A stretch of 64,000 nucleotides of DNA from Longimicrobiales bacterium (lineage in GTDB: Bacteria > Gemmatimonadota > Gemmatimonadetes > Longimicrobiales > Gaopeijiaceae): assembly GCA_965219445.1 (NCBI GenBank), contig CBDCNQ010000004.1, forward strand, positions 32,001 to 96,000, written 5' to 3'. Below, in pieces: positions 18,578 through 27,383 of this stretch. Position 1 is the stretch's first letter, and the number at the start of each line of letters is the position of its first letter. The translations under genes were made by a program, and so were the position numbers. The notes below the pieces were generated by a model. The model ran no database searches. It was not told the DNA's origin and saw nothing but the letters and a program-made list of their open reading frames with translations.

Positions 18578-19594
18578 CTATCGGCTCGGAGTTGGGAAAC
18601 GAGCAATCCTGTCGCCGCCGGCGACGCCACCGACCCATATCTCGGCCCCGACCTGAATGGCGACGGTGCCAAGTATCAGGAGGTCATTCGAAGGGTAGCG
18701 GACTATTTCACTGGCCGTGAGGCTCTGCAGAGAAACCTGCGCAACCCGCGACGTCACCCCGTCGCACTGCCTCTGCCTGATGCATTCCCCGATGGCCGCC
18801 CGCGTTGGCCCGACATGACCGGCGGCAAACAACGTCTCGCCTGGGCCCCATCGGACGTTGTCGATATGAAACCCGACCTCCACGGCGTCTGTCTGGACCG
18901 GTGTACGTCCACGTGACAAGCGGATCAACGACTGGCTTCCATAGCCACCGACATAAAACCACCGACCGTCTCGAGAGATCTCCAGTCCGTTCGGACCGAT
19001 GCCCTCGCTGCCGGGCACCCGGCTCCACTCAGCGTCTGTACTCCATTCCCATACATCGCCCGTTCGTGGACTCGTCGCCGCGAAGCCACCCTCCGGAAGA
19101 GCGACCACGGAATTCAGGGCAAGCGCCTCCGGTGCCACGGCGCATCCCACCCAATTCAGGGTGGGGACCGCCCCGCCCAGATCGAGCTCGAAGACTTCGA
19201 TCGCTTCCCGATCCCCGTGGCCAACGACATACAAAGTGTGGCGCCCGTTTTCCCCGGCGCGCAGGTAGAGGCCGTGTGGCCTGAACTGCCTCGACACGGG
19301 GCCCGGGCACGCGCCATAGGTCACGGTGTCGTGTCGAGGTCGTGACGTGATGGTGGGAAAGAGGATGGTCGACGTGTAGTCACGGGTGTCCGCCAGATAG
19401 AGGTGTCCTTCATCGACCATGCTGGAGACGATGACCCAGGGGGACTGGGGGACGGGTGCGAGATCTTCCGGGCTGACCGGTCCACACAGAAACTGGACGT
19501 CGCCATCCGGCTCGCAGTCTTGCGCGTGTGCTGCGGCGGCGACCAGCCACAACATGCCAATCATGAAGGTGCCGATGACCGTCGGTGTCTTCAT
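18578..19594 (-). CDS. Secreted SMP-30/paraoxonase-like beta-propeller
   Basis: SPEDL, PHG, PNGLEIS.DG, DNVRW; signal peptide. Confidence 0.8.
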   Translation of the reverse strand: MKTPTVIGTFMIGMLWLVAAAAHAQDCEPDGDVQFLCGPVSPEDLAPVPQSPWVIVSSMVDEGHLYLADTRDYTSTILFPTITSRPRHDTVTYGACPGPVSRQFRPHGLYLRAGENGRHTLYVVGHGDREAIEVFELDLGGAVPTLNWVGCAVAPEALALNSVVALPEGGFAATSPRTGDVWEWSTDAEWSRVPGSEGIGPNGLEISRDGRWFYVGGYGSQSLIRLSRGRTPVQTDAVEVGFHIDNVRWGPGETLFAAGHVGPTRAAIGECIRQRQCDGVTSRVAQVSLQSLTASEIVRYPSNDLLILGTVAIQVGAEIWVGGVAGGDRIARFPTPSR

Positions 19595-19745
19595 AGCATC
19601 ATCCTCCACCAAGTCCGGTAGTGTCCACCTCATTCTCTCCTGCCCCGGGCAGATCCGCAACTGAGCCGGAGGGCAACACTCGGCTTGCCTCTGACCGTGC
19701 GGGATGCGGGTAGGCAATATGAAAGGGCTGGCGCAAGAGTATGAT

Positions 19746-19930
19746 GAGGACCCGAGGCCAGCTTCGACGATGATCCTACTAATATTCGCCGATTAGGTGC
19801 GTGAGCACCCAGCGCGGCAGCAAGTCAGATACGTCTGGAGCTGGCTCATACTGAGGGGCCTGTGTTAGGCCCGGTTAGGGGCCATAACGGACATTGCCAC
19901 GAGCGTCCTCCTGTCGTGCCTCGGGTCCTC
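19746..19930 (-). ncRNA. Bridge/seek RNA of the IS110 element
   Basis: 13-bp closing IR; two internal-loop stems with segments matching the target flanks and the element end. Confidence 0.78.
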
Positions 19931-19941
19931 CGTTCTTCGTG

Positions 19942-21072
19942 TTATGCGGCCGCCTCGAGCGCGGTCGCCTGTTCGATCTCGAGATCACGCATCACGGCCC
20001 AGATGAAGCCGACGAGCTCACGGGCGGCCGCGACTGCGGCGACCTGCGATGTTTTCCGGTTCGCGATGCGATGGTAGAGCTTGTACAGCCTATGCTGGGC
20101 CTTCCAGGCATGAGCAATCACGCCGGGCGGTTGGCCCGCTTGTCGCTTCTTGAGTTGGGCGCCGACGGCAGGTCGGAGCCTGTAGTGCCAGGCGGCTTGA
20201 ACGAGCACGTGACGACACCGACTGTTGCCGGCCTTGGTGATGGCCCCCCTCCGGCTCTGGTTACCGGAGGAGTGCTCCCTGGGCACGAGCCCGAGATAGG
20301 CCATGAGCTGGCCAGGTCGCTCGAAGCGCCGCCAGTCCCCGACCTCTGAGATCAGGATCATCGCCGAGAGCGTGCTGAGCCCACGGAAGCAGGAGAGTCG
20401 CTGGACCGGGGTCCGATAGGCATCGGAGAACGCGATCTCTTCGATCTGACAATCGAGATCGTCACGGCGACTGACCTTGTAGTCCATGAGCGCCAGATAC
20501 TCGCCGTAGACCGCCCGATCCTCTGGTTCAAGCCGGCCCTGGCGCAAGAGCCGCTCCAGCCACGCTCGATGCTCTTTTCCCCAACGTCCTCCTCGGAAAA
20601 CGAAGCCACGACGACTCAGGAACTTCAGAACGTGATGACGCGAGCGCAGGATCTCACGCTGAAAAGTCTGACGACACCGAACGAGGTCTCTCACTCGCTC
20701 CTCAGCCGGCGAGGGGATGCGGATCGGCACGAGCTCACCGGCCCGGTACAGACGAGCGAGCATGATGGCATCCCTCCGATCGTGCTTGCGCTGCTCGCCC
20801 GGACGAATCGGGGTCATGGAAGGTGCGATGATCTCGCAGCCATACTCCCACTCGGTGAGCTCGCGGTACAGGACGTATCCAGCTCCGCTGGCCTCGTAGC
20901 ACGTGCGGATTTCACCGCGCCCGGCCCATCGATCGAAGAACCGCTTGAGTTTGCGCAGATCGTTGGGCAGCTTCTGCACAACGGATGGCTCCTTGCTTGC
21001 TCCCTCGAAGACCGCCACGGTGATCGTGTCCTGGTGTACATCCATTCCAACGTAGATCGGTGGCTTTGACAT
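19942..21072 (-). CDS. IS110 transposase/recombinase
   Basis: VGMDVH, CYEASG, KHDRRDA (DEDD); GLVPREHSSG. Confidence 0.96.
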   Translation of the reverse strand: MSKPPIYVGMDVHQDTITVAVFEGASKEPSVVQKLPNDLRKLKRFFDRWAGRGEIRTCYEASGAGYVLYRELTEWEYGCEIIAPSMTPIRPGEQRKHDRRDAIMLARLYRAGELVPIRIPSPAEERVRDLVRCRQTFQREILRSRHHVLKFLSRRGFVFRGGRWGKEHRAWLERLLRQGRLEPEDRAVYGEYLALMDYKVSRRDDLDCQIEEIAFSDAYRTPVQRLSCFRGLSTLSAMILISEVGDWRRFERPGQLMAYLGLVPREHSSGNQSRRGAITKAGNSRCRHVLVQAAWHYRLRPAVGAQLKKRQAGQPPGVIAHAWKAQHRLYKLYHRIANRKTSQVAAVAAARELVGFIWAVMRDLEIEQATALEAAA

Positions 21073-21319
21073 GGGCTGGCTCTCCTTTTCCGCTGCGACC
21101 CTCTGTGTCGCATGTGGCCCTGGTGTGTGAACCCAATCGGTCCGCACTGACCCACGGTAAGCCGATTAGGTCGAGCCAGCCCTTTCATGTCTACTAATAT
21201 GAGGGGGGCTACTCGATGGGATACGTTTGGCACCGTCTGCGATATCGTGCTGGACCCGGCGCTCCTTGCAGGAAACCCAGAGGAGGTTGTGGGGCTTCTT
21301 GAGGAAGGGTAAGCCAAAG

Positions 21320-21517
21320 ATGGACACAATAAAAATGACGGCGATCATCACCTGTCCCGCCTGCGGGACGAGGACTGAGGCTGAGATCTCGGAAGGGGCG
21401 TGCCAATACTTCTGGGACTGCCCGGCTTGCAAGACGGTTCTACGACCGAAGCCGAGGGATTGTTGCGTGTTCTGCTCCTACGCGGACCGCCGCTGCGCGA
21501 CCGCACCGCCGACCTAA
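21320..21517 (+). CDS. GDCCVxC-domain small Cys-rich protein
   Basis: ITCPACG..CQYFWDCPAC..DCCVFCSY. Confidence 0.85.
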   Translation: MDTIKMTAIITCPACGTRTEAEISEGACQYFWDCPACKTVLRPKPRDCCVFCSYADRRCATAPPT

Positions 21518-21640
21518 ACTGTACCACCACCCGCCTCACCGTCTCACTCCAGAACGGCATCGTCGGCTCCCCTGCTCTGTCCGTCTCGACCCCGAACTCC
21601 TCGTGCTCCCGCATCATGCGCAGACACGCATTATTACCGC

Positions 21641-22111
21641 TTAGCTGTATTCCCGCTTAGTTCCTTGGAAATTATCATAAATCGCCCGGTGACGAGCCAA
21701 GCCATACTCGTCCTCACGTCGTTCATACTCCCGGACCCAACTGATCAAGTCCTCGAGCATCTTGTCCTGTTCTTCGGGCGACGTGAATTTGTCGGGTTCC
21801 CACGGACGTTTCCGGCAATTTTCGACACAAGCTGCGACACCAGGGTTTAGAAATCTCAGTTCGGTGCAGTGTGGTAACGCTGCCTCCACGAGTTCGCCAT
21901 AGCATCCTTCAAGCATCCATTCCGAGTGGCCCGATATTAACTGCGCTAAATCGTCGATGCTTTCTTCCAGTGGCCTGCGAACCGCAACGTCTGACCACGC
22001 AATCGAGTCAAGACGCGAAAGTGGTAGATCGCACTCGCGTTGAAGTTCGCGAGCCATCGTCGTCTTACCCGCACCAGCGTTTCCGTAAATAATGATCCGA
22101 CGCTTGCTCAT
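21641..22111 (-). CDS. Adenylate/shikimate kinase-like P-loop protein (FlaR-like)
   Basis: GNAGAGKTT, LDSIAW, WMLEGCY; visibly lower GC. Confidence 0.85.
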   Translation of the reverse strand: MSKRRIIIYGNAGAGKTTMARELQRECDLPLSRLDSIAWSDVAVRRPLEESIDDLAQLISGHSEWMLEGCYGELVEAALPHCTELRFLNPGVAACVENCRKRPWEPDKFTSPEEQDKMLEDLISWVREYERREDEYGLARHRAIYDNFQGTKREYS

Positions 22112-22181
22112 GGCGATCTTATTGAATGCGTTCAAGCTAAGGATGGGACTGACGCGAGGCCGTTAGTTCTCCAGTTTGCCG

Positions 22182-22224
22182 ACGATCACCACGCCTTCCA
22201 CGAAGACGCGAAGCCAGCGGATCT
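22182..22224 (-). repeat. 43-bp dispersed repeat / gene-start remnant, copy 1
   Basis: 38/43 identical to 44331-44373; encodes IRWLRVFVEGVVIV. Confidence 0.75.
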
Positions 22225-22403
22225 TAAAGGCTTTGCAGTTATGTTCAGGCTTCTGCGCCCATTTGTAAATCGTTGTTTTTCTCTTCAGCAAGGCGGGATC
22301 CGTCAAGGTCCGTCTTGCAGACCTTCGAGCCCGTTTCGCGGGGCTTTTCGGCCCGACCTTCCCATGGATCTTCCCATCCACAGCGCGGTTACGGAAGACA
22401 AGG

Positions 22404-24446
22404 TCAATTCTGTCCTCCGGCCCACGCCACCCGGAACCCGAAGCCGTCGCTCACTAAGACCGGAAAGAAGTTGTTGCGAAACGAACCGCGCAGGGCGACC
22501 GCACTGCTTTCGAAATCACCACCCCGCAACACGCGCGACGAGCCTGATTGGGCGCCCGTCGGGTCCAGGGCATCCGAAGCTTCGTAAGGACCGTACCAGT
22601 CCCGCATCCACTCCCAGACGTTCCCCGCGAGGTCGTGCACGCCTTCGGGCGTCGCCCCGTCGGGCCGTGACATCACGGGAATCGACGCCGTCTCTCCGCA
22701 GCCATCGACCTGCGCCAGTTGGCACGTCGGTGCTCGCTCGCCCCACGGGTACGTCCGACCCGCTGCCCCACGTGCCGCGAACTCCCACTGCGCTTCTGTT
22801 GGAAGGCTCCCACCGCGAGAACCGGCATAGTCCATGGCTTGCTGCCAGCTGACGGCTACAACGGGGTAGCGCTCCTGTCCGCTCGGGAACTGATGCCCGG
22901 CGTCGAAGCGGCGATACTCCTCGTTCGTCACCTCGTGCTCCTGAATCCAGAAGCCCGACATCGTCACACGGTGTACGGGCCGCTCGTCGTCGGCTCCGTC
23001 GTCGTTCCCCATCTGGAACGTCCCGCGCTCGATCCGGATGGGTCGGTTCAGCGGGTCGTCGGCTCCCGGCGGTGGAGTCGGATTTTCGAGGGCGGTCACC
23101 GTCACACCCACTTCGCGCTCGATCGTCCCACCTGTACCGGTCGCTACGAGTTGGTAGGTCTGGTCGCCGGTAGGCGTGACGCGGCGAGAGCCGCTCGCCG
23201 CGACCGTTCCGATGCCGGGCTCCAGCCTCACGCTCGTCGCGTTCGTCGTCGACCAGGTGAGCGTGGTCGCGCCCCCGCGCTCAATCGTGTTGGGCTGAGC
23301 GGTCAGGCTCGCTATAGGCGGATCGGGGACCGGTGCAGCGACGCTGATTCGCACCGACTGACGCGTTTCCCCGCCAGGTCCCGAAGCCACGAGGGCGTAA
23401 TTGACCGTCACGCGTGGAGAGACGTTCGTGTCACCGCTCAACGCGACCGGACCGCCGGGCTCCAGTTCCACACGATCCGCATCTGACGTGTTCCACGTCA
23501 GCGTGACCTCGTCGCCCTGCGTGACCGTGGTTCTGTCCGCGCTGAACTCTTCGATTGTTGGTGCGTCCGGCTCGACTGCGACGGTAATCTGGATCGGGTC
23601 ACGGGCCTCGCTACCCGCCCCGTAGGCCACCAGCACGTACTCCGTGTCCTGTTCCGGCGATAAGGCGGTAGAGCCGCTAGCGGCCACAGTTCCCTCATCA
23701 GGGAGTAGGTGGACACTGTCGGCCAATGACGTGCTCCAGGTCAAAGTGACCTCATCGCCTAGGGTGATCGAGGTCGCGCTGGCACGAAAGAGGCTGATCT
23801 GCGGTTCGACGGCCGCCTCCACCGGGGTCGTCGGGTTACTCGGTGTTGGCCCCGGGCTTGGGGACGGCCTGATTGGCCAACCCACAACCAAGGCGATCAT
23901 GCCACCTCCCACGATGGACATGGGCTTGACCCAGGCTCGGCGCTCCGGCGCCGTACCGTCTCGCTCCAAAACGGCAGCGTCCCCACTCGATCCGTCTCCA
24001 GCTCGAACTCCTGGTGCTCGCGGTGCCGATCCTGAAGCCGCTCCGCTCTGGCACTCCGTGCTGGACTCAGCTATGGAGACATCGCCGTCGACTACCGCGC
24101 CCTCATACAGCATGAGTCGCGGCGCGTGGAGGTCGCCGTGAACCACCGCCGAAGCCTGGATTTCCAACCTTTCTCGCGCGTCGACCGATCCATGCACCTC
24201 GCCGTTGAGGACCACTTCTCGAGCCTCCACACCGCCCTCCACCCGGCCGCCCTTCGTCACGATTACTTGGTCGTCGGCCAATACCGCGCCGAGGACAGTG
24301 CCCGCCACGCTCACGACCGAGGCGCTGTGCACGCTGCCAAGCACTCGCATATTGGCGGCGATCACCGATATGTCGAGGGGTCGCTGGTCCTCTTCTTGCC
24401 CGCCGATGAGGCCTAGGTGGGGCCGCAAGTCGTTGGTTTTCGTCAT
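22404..24446 (-). CDS. Bactofilin - TM - 3x Ig-like - FGE/SUMF1 (CLec fold) fusion protein
   Basis: SVIAANMRVLG..GRVEGGVEAREVVLNGEVHG..LEIQASAVVHGDL; three VTLTW repeats; GTFQMG, HEVTNEEY, LPTEAQWEFAARG, DLAGNVWEW, RVLRGG, GFRV. Confidence 0.88.
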   Translation of the reverse strand: MTKTNDLRPHLGLIGGQEEDQRPLDISVIAANMRVLGSVHSASVVSVAGTVLGAVLADDQVIVTKGGRVEGGVEAREVVLNGEVHGSVDARERLEIQASAVVHGDLHAPRLMLYEGAVVDGDVSIAESSTECQSGAASGSAPRAPGVRAGDGSSGDAAVLERDGTAPERRAWVKPMSIVGGGMIALVVGWPIRPSPSPGPTPSNPTTPVEAAVEPQISLFRASATSITLGDEVTLTWSTSLADSVHLLPDEGTVAASGSTALSPEQDTEYVLVAYGAGSEARDPIQITVAVEPDAPTIEEFSADRTTVTQGDEVTLTWNTSDADRVELEPGGPVALSGDTNVSPRVTVNYALVASGPGGETRQSVRISVAAPVPDPPIASLTAQPNTIERGGATTLTWSTTNATSVRLEPGIGTVAASGSRRVTPTGDQTYQLVATGTGGTIEREVGVTVTALENPTPPPGADDPLNRPIRIERGTFQMGNDDGADDERPVHRVTMSGFWIQEHEVTNEEYRRFDAGHQFPSGQERYPVVAVSWQQAMDYAGSRGGSLPTEAQWEFAARGAAGRTYPWGERAPTCQLAQVDGCGETASIPVMSRPDGATPEGVHDLAGNVWEWMRDWYGPYEASDALDPTGAQSGSSRVLRGGDFESSAVALRGSFRNNFFPVLVSDGFGFRVAWAGGQN

Positions 24447-24812
24447 GTGTCCGTCCGCACTACCGTAGATGGCCCCCCCGGCACGCAGCCGGTAGGGACA
24501 GTTCACTGCGCCGACGACTTCGTCACCATCGACCGTACCACAAACATCTTTTCGCGGGTCGGGAGGTGCAAGCAAAATCCCCTCAACTGTCGGGCATTCC
24601 GAAACCGGTCATCGTGGTGAGAACCCAGCACGCGAGCTGCGCCTCGGTGGCTGGCAGAGACGTATCGGGGCACTCGCAGTGCCCGCTTGATCATCGGGCG
24701 GGGGCAAAGAATCCCTTGGTTGACGGGTCTGGACCGCCCCCTCAAATTACCCTGATCCGGCAATGGGCCTTCCTTTTTTCCTATCCTTACTCGGGCTTGA
24801 GAAGGTGACACC

Positions 24813-26753
24813 ATGAGCAAGAGACTTAGTATTGCCCTCAGCGCGGCCCTCTCGATGTCGCTGCTAATCGCTGCGGATTCGTTCGCTCAAGTCACGCGCA
24901 TCGACCTGCACGTGGTGGAGTCACCCGCCCTCGACGGAGAAAGCTTCGGCCAGGTCGGACAGTACGAGTTCCTAAGGGGCGTCGTTTACGGCGAGGCCGA
25001 CCCCGCCGACCCACGACACCGTGAGATCGTGAATCTCGAGAATGCCCCCCGAAATTCTCGTGGGCGGGTTGAGTACAGTACGACGGTCGAGATCTACCGA
25101 CCGATCGACATGAGCCGGTGGAATAGGGCGATCTACCACACGGTCCCGAACCGCGGCAGAGCTAGAGCGGGTGAAGCTGCACTGCTCGAGATGGGCTTTG
25201 CGCTGGTGGGAGTCGGCTGGCAAGGAGACCTGTCGCCCACAGAGACGAACATCGTTCCCTTCCTGCCGGTCGCCAGGCAAGCGGATGGCTCACCGATCGT
25301 GGGACGGGTACTGGAGGAGCGCATCTTCAACAATGCGGACCCGGTCTCTAACGGTCGACTGACGTACAAGGCCGCGTCGCTGGATCCGCGCGATGCCACC
25401 CTGACGGTCCGTCGGAGCCAGACGGCTCCCCGAAAGACCCCGGATGATCTGAGGTGGAGTTACGTCGACTCTGGCGAGATCCGCATAGAACGCCCCGCCG
25501 GATTCGACGGCGGTGCGATCTACGAGTTCATCTACAACGCAAAGGACCCGATCGTCATGGGACTCGGGTTCGTGGCGATGCGGGATGCGATCTCGTTTCT
25601 CCGGTACGATGCGACGGACACGTTCGGAAGCACGAACCCACTCTCGTTCGACGGCCTGGCGAGCACCGCGATCTCCCTTGGCGTCTCACAGAGCGGGCGA
25701 TACCTGAGGGATTTCCTCTATCAGGGATTCAACGAGGACGTATCGGGCCGAATCGTCTTCGACGGCATGCATCCAGACATCGCCGGATCACGAAAGACCC
25801 TCACGAACTACGCGTTCAGTCAGCCCGGTCGTATGCAGGCGCAGCACGAGGATCACCTCTACCCGGGAGACCAGTTCCCCTTCACCTACGCGAGGCTCAC
25901 GGATCCGATTAGCGGACGAACGGACGGTCTCCTGGAGAAGTGCTCAGCCTCCAACACCTGCCCGAAGATCATTCACACCGATAGTGAGACCGAGATCTGG
26001 CAGGCACGCTCCTCCCTCGTGGTCACAGACGGGCTTGGACGCGACATCGAACTACCGGAGAGCGTGAAAGTTTACCTCGTCGCCGGTACTCAGCACGGAG
26101 GCGGCCCGGGTGTTCACGTGGCCACGCCGAGCCGGAGAAGCTGCGAGAATTTGATCAATCCACTGGGCTACCGGCAGATACGGCTTGCGCTGACCGTGGC
26201 CCTCTACGAGTGGATCGTCGAGGGAGTCGATCCTCCGGCGAGCCGCTTTCCCAGCGTAGCGGACGGTGGGCTCGTGCCCGCTGCTGACAACGGCTTTCCC
26301 CACATCCCGGGCGTGTTCTTCTCCGGAGGCTACAACCCCCTTCGCCTGCACGATCACGAGGCTGTGCCGCCGAAGCAGGGCGACCCGTATATGGTTCTGG
26401 TAGGAAGCGTAGACCGCGACGGAAACATGATCGACGGCATCCGGCATCCGAACCTGTCCGTTCCGATCGGGACGCACACAGGCTGGAATCTATGGCGGGA
26501 GGACTTGGCGGAAGGGGCGCTGTGCCGCACGACCGGCTCGTTCATTCCCTTTGCCACTGATCGAGCGGAGCGCGAGGCCATGGGAGACCCCCGGCCCTCA
26601 CTCAAGGAGCGGTATCCGGGGCACGAAGAGTATGTGAGCGCGGTGTCCGAGGCGGCGGAGGCCCTGGTTCGCGATCGGCTCCTACTCCCGCGGGACGCGG
26701 AGGAGATCGTTAAGCTAGCCCGAGGGAGCGAGATCGGCAGGGTAGGACGATAA
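24813..26753 (+). CDS. Secreted alpha/beta-hydrolase-domain protein
   Basis: Signal peptide; VGWQGD, GVSQSGRYLRDF, CPKIIH, GTQHG. Confidence 0.82.
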   Translation: MSKRLSIALSAALSMSLLIAADSFAQVTRIDLHVVESPALDGESFGQVGQYEFLRGVVYGEADPADPRHREIVNLENAPRNSRGRVEYSTTVEIYRPIDMSRWNRAIYHTVPNRGRARAGEAALLEMGFALVGVGWQGDLSPTETNIVPFLPVARQADGSPIVGRVLEERIFNNADPVSNGRLTYKAASLDPRDATLTVRRSQTAPRKTPDDLRWSYVDSGEIRIERPAGFDGGAIYEFIYNAKDPIVMGLGFVAMRDAISFLRYDATDTFGSTNPLSFDGLASTAISLGVSQSGRYLRDFLYQGFNEDVSGRIVFDGMHPDIAGSRKTLTNYAFSQPGRMQAQHEDHLYPGDQFPFTYARLTDPISGRTDGLLEKCSASNTCPKIIHTDSETEIWQARSSLVVTDGLGRDIELPESVKVYLVAGTQHGGGPGVHVATPSRRSCENLINPLGYRQIRLALTVALYEWIVEGVDPPASRFPSVADGGLVPAADNGFPHIPGVFFSGGYNPLRLHDHEAVPPKQGDPYMVLVGSVDRDGNMIDGIRHPNLSVPIGTHTGWNLWREDLAEGALCRTTGSFIPFATDRAEREAMGDPRPSLKERYPGHEEYVSAVSEAAEALVRDRLLLPRDAEEIVKLARGSEIGRVGR

Positions 26754-26830
26754 GGGCCCTCTAAGCCACGAGGACGCAAACAGCGTCCCCGGGCCAAATT
26801 TCCGAAGATGTGGATAACTCCGGAAAGCCT

Positions 26831-26969
26831 AGAGGCGCCGCCCGGATGGAGCTGCGGTTGCCTTCGGCAATCCTCGCTCGTCTCGGCGGTCGGCGCTGAG
26901 CCCGTATTACGGAGGGCGTTCTTCGCGCCTCGGCTCGAACCGACGGTTCGAACCCGGGCGGCGGCACCA
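26831..26969. repeat. tRNA-Cys-linked repeat (split direct copy + inverted copy of the tRNA 3' end)
   Basis: 26831-26847 equals 26988-27004; 26944-26963 is a 19/20 inverted copy of 26993-27012. Confidence 0.8.
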
Positions 26970-26989
26970 TGAGGGACTCCATCCAAAAG

Positions 26990-27061
26990 AGGCGCCGCCC
27001 GGATTCGAACCGGGGAATAAAGGCTTTGCAGGCCTCTGCCTTACCGCTTGGCTACGGCGCC
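26990..27061 (-). tRNA. tRNA-Cys (GCA)
   Basis: GGCGCCG acceptor, CTGCAAA anticodon loop, GGTTCGAATCC; CCA not encoded. Confidence 0.96.
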
Positions 27062-27110
27062 AAGAAAAGAGGGGCTGCGCGTCGTGAGTGACGGGCTCAC
27101 CCCTCTTCAA

Positions 27111-27183
<73 letters not shown>

Positions 27184-27383
27184 AAGAAAAAAGGTGTCCC
27201 GGATCCCTACCCAAACCTACTTAAAACGTTTCCGAAACACCCTTCATTTGTGCGCTGGAACCTAGAATGGGCCCATGAAATGTCAAGTTCCCACGGCCTC
27301 TTTTCCCCATTATGTTCCCCCGCCACATCCCTCGTCCTGGCCTGGGGCGGAGGAACGCTATAGCCGAAGGGAATCATTATCGA

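Larger units (their letters stand above)
19716..21202 (-). mobile_element. Complete IS110-family element (IS1111-like organisation)
   Basis: 14-bp subterminal IR ATGAAAGGGCTGGC at 19719-19732 and 21175-21188; AATATGA at both junctions; long 3' non-coding end. Confidence 0.92.

Noticed and set aside
21320..21517. GDCCVxC protein as a second selenoprotein
   Set aside because: All motif positions are Cys codons and the stop is TAA
22140..22170. attC-like AACTAAC start near the low-GC gene
   Set aside because: No matching GTTRRRY arm and no integron integrase
26809..26817. Perfect DnaA box (TTATCCACA, minus strand)
   Set aside because: Single copy, no cluster or AT-rich unwinding element
26900..26969. 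Third tRNA on the plus strand ending GGTTCGAACCC..CCA
   Set aside because: No D or anticodon arm; it is the inverted copy of the tRNA-Cys 3' end
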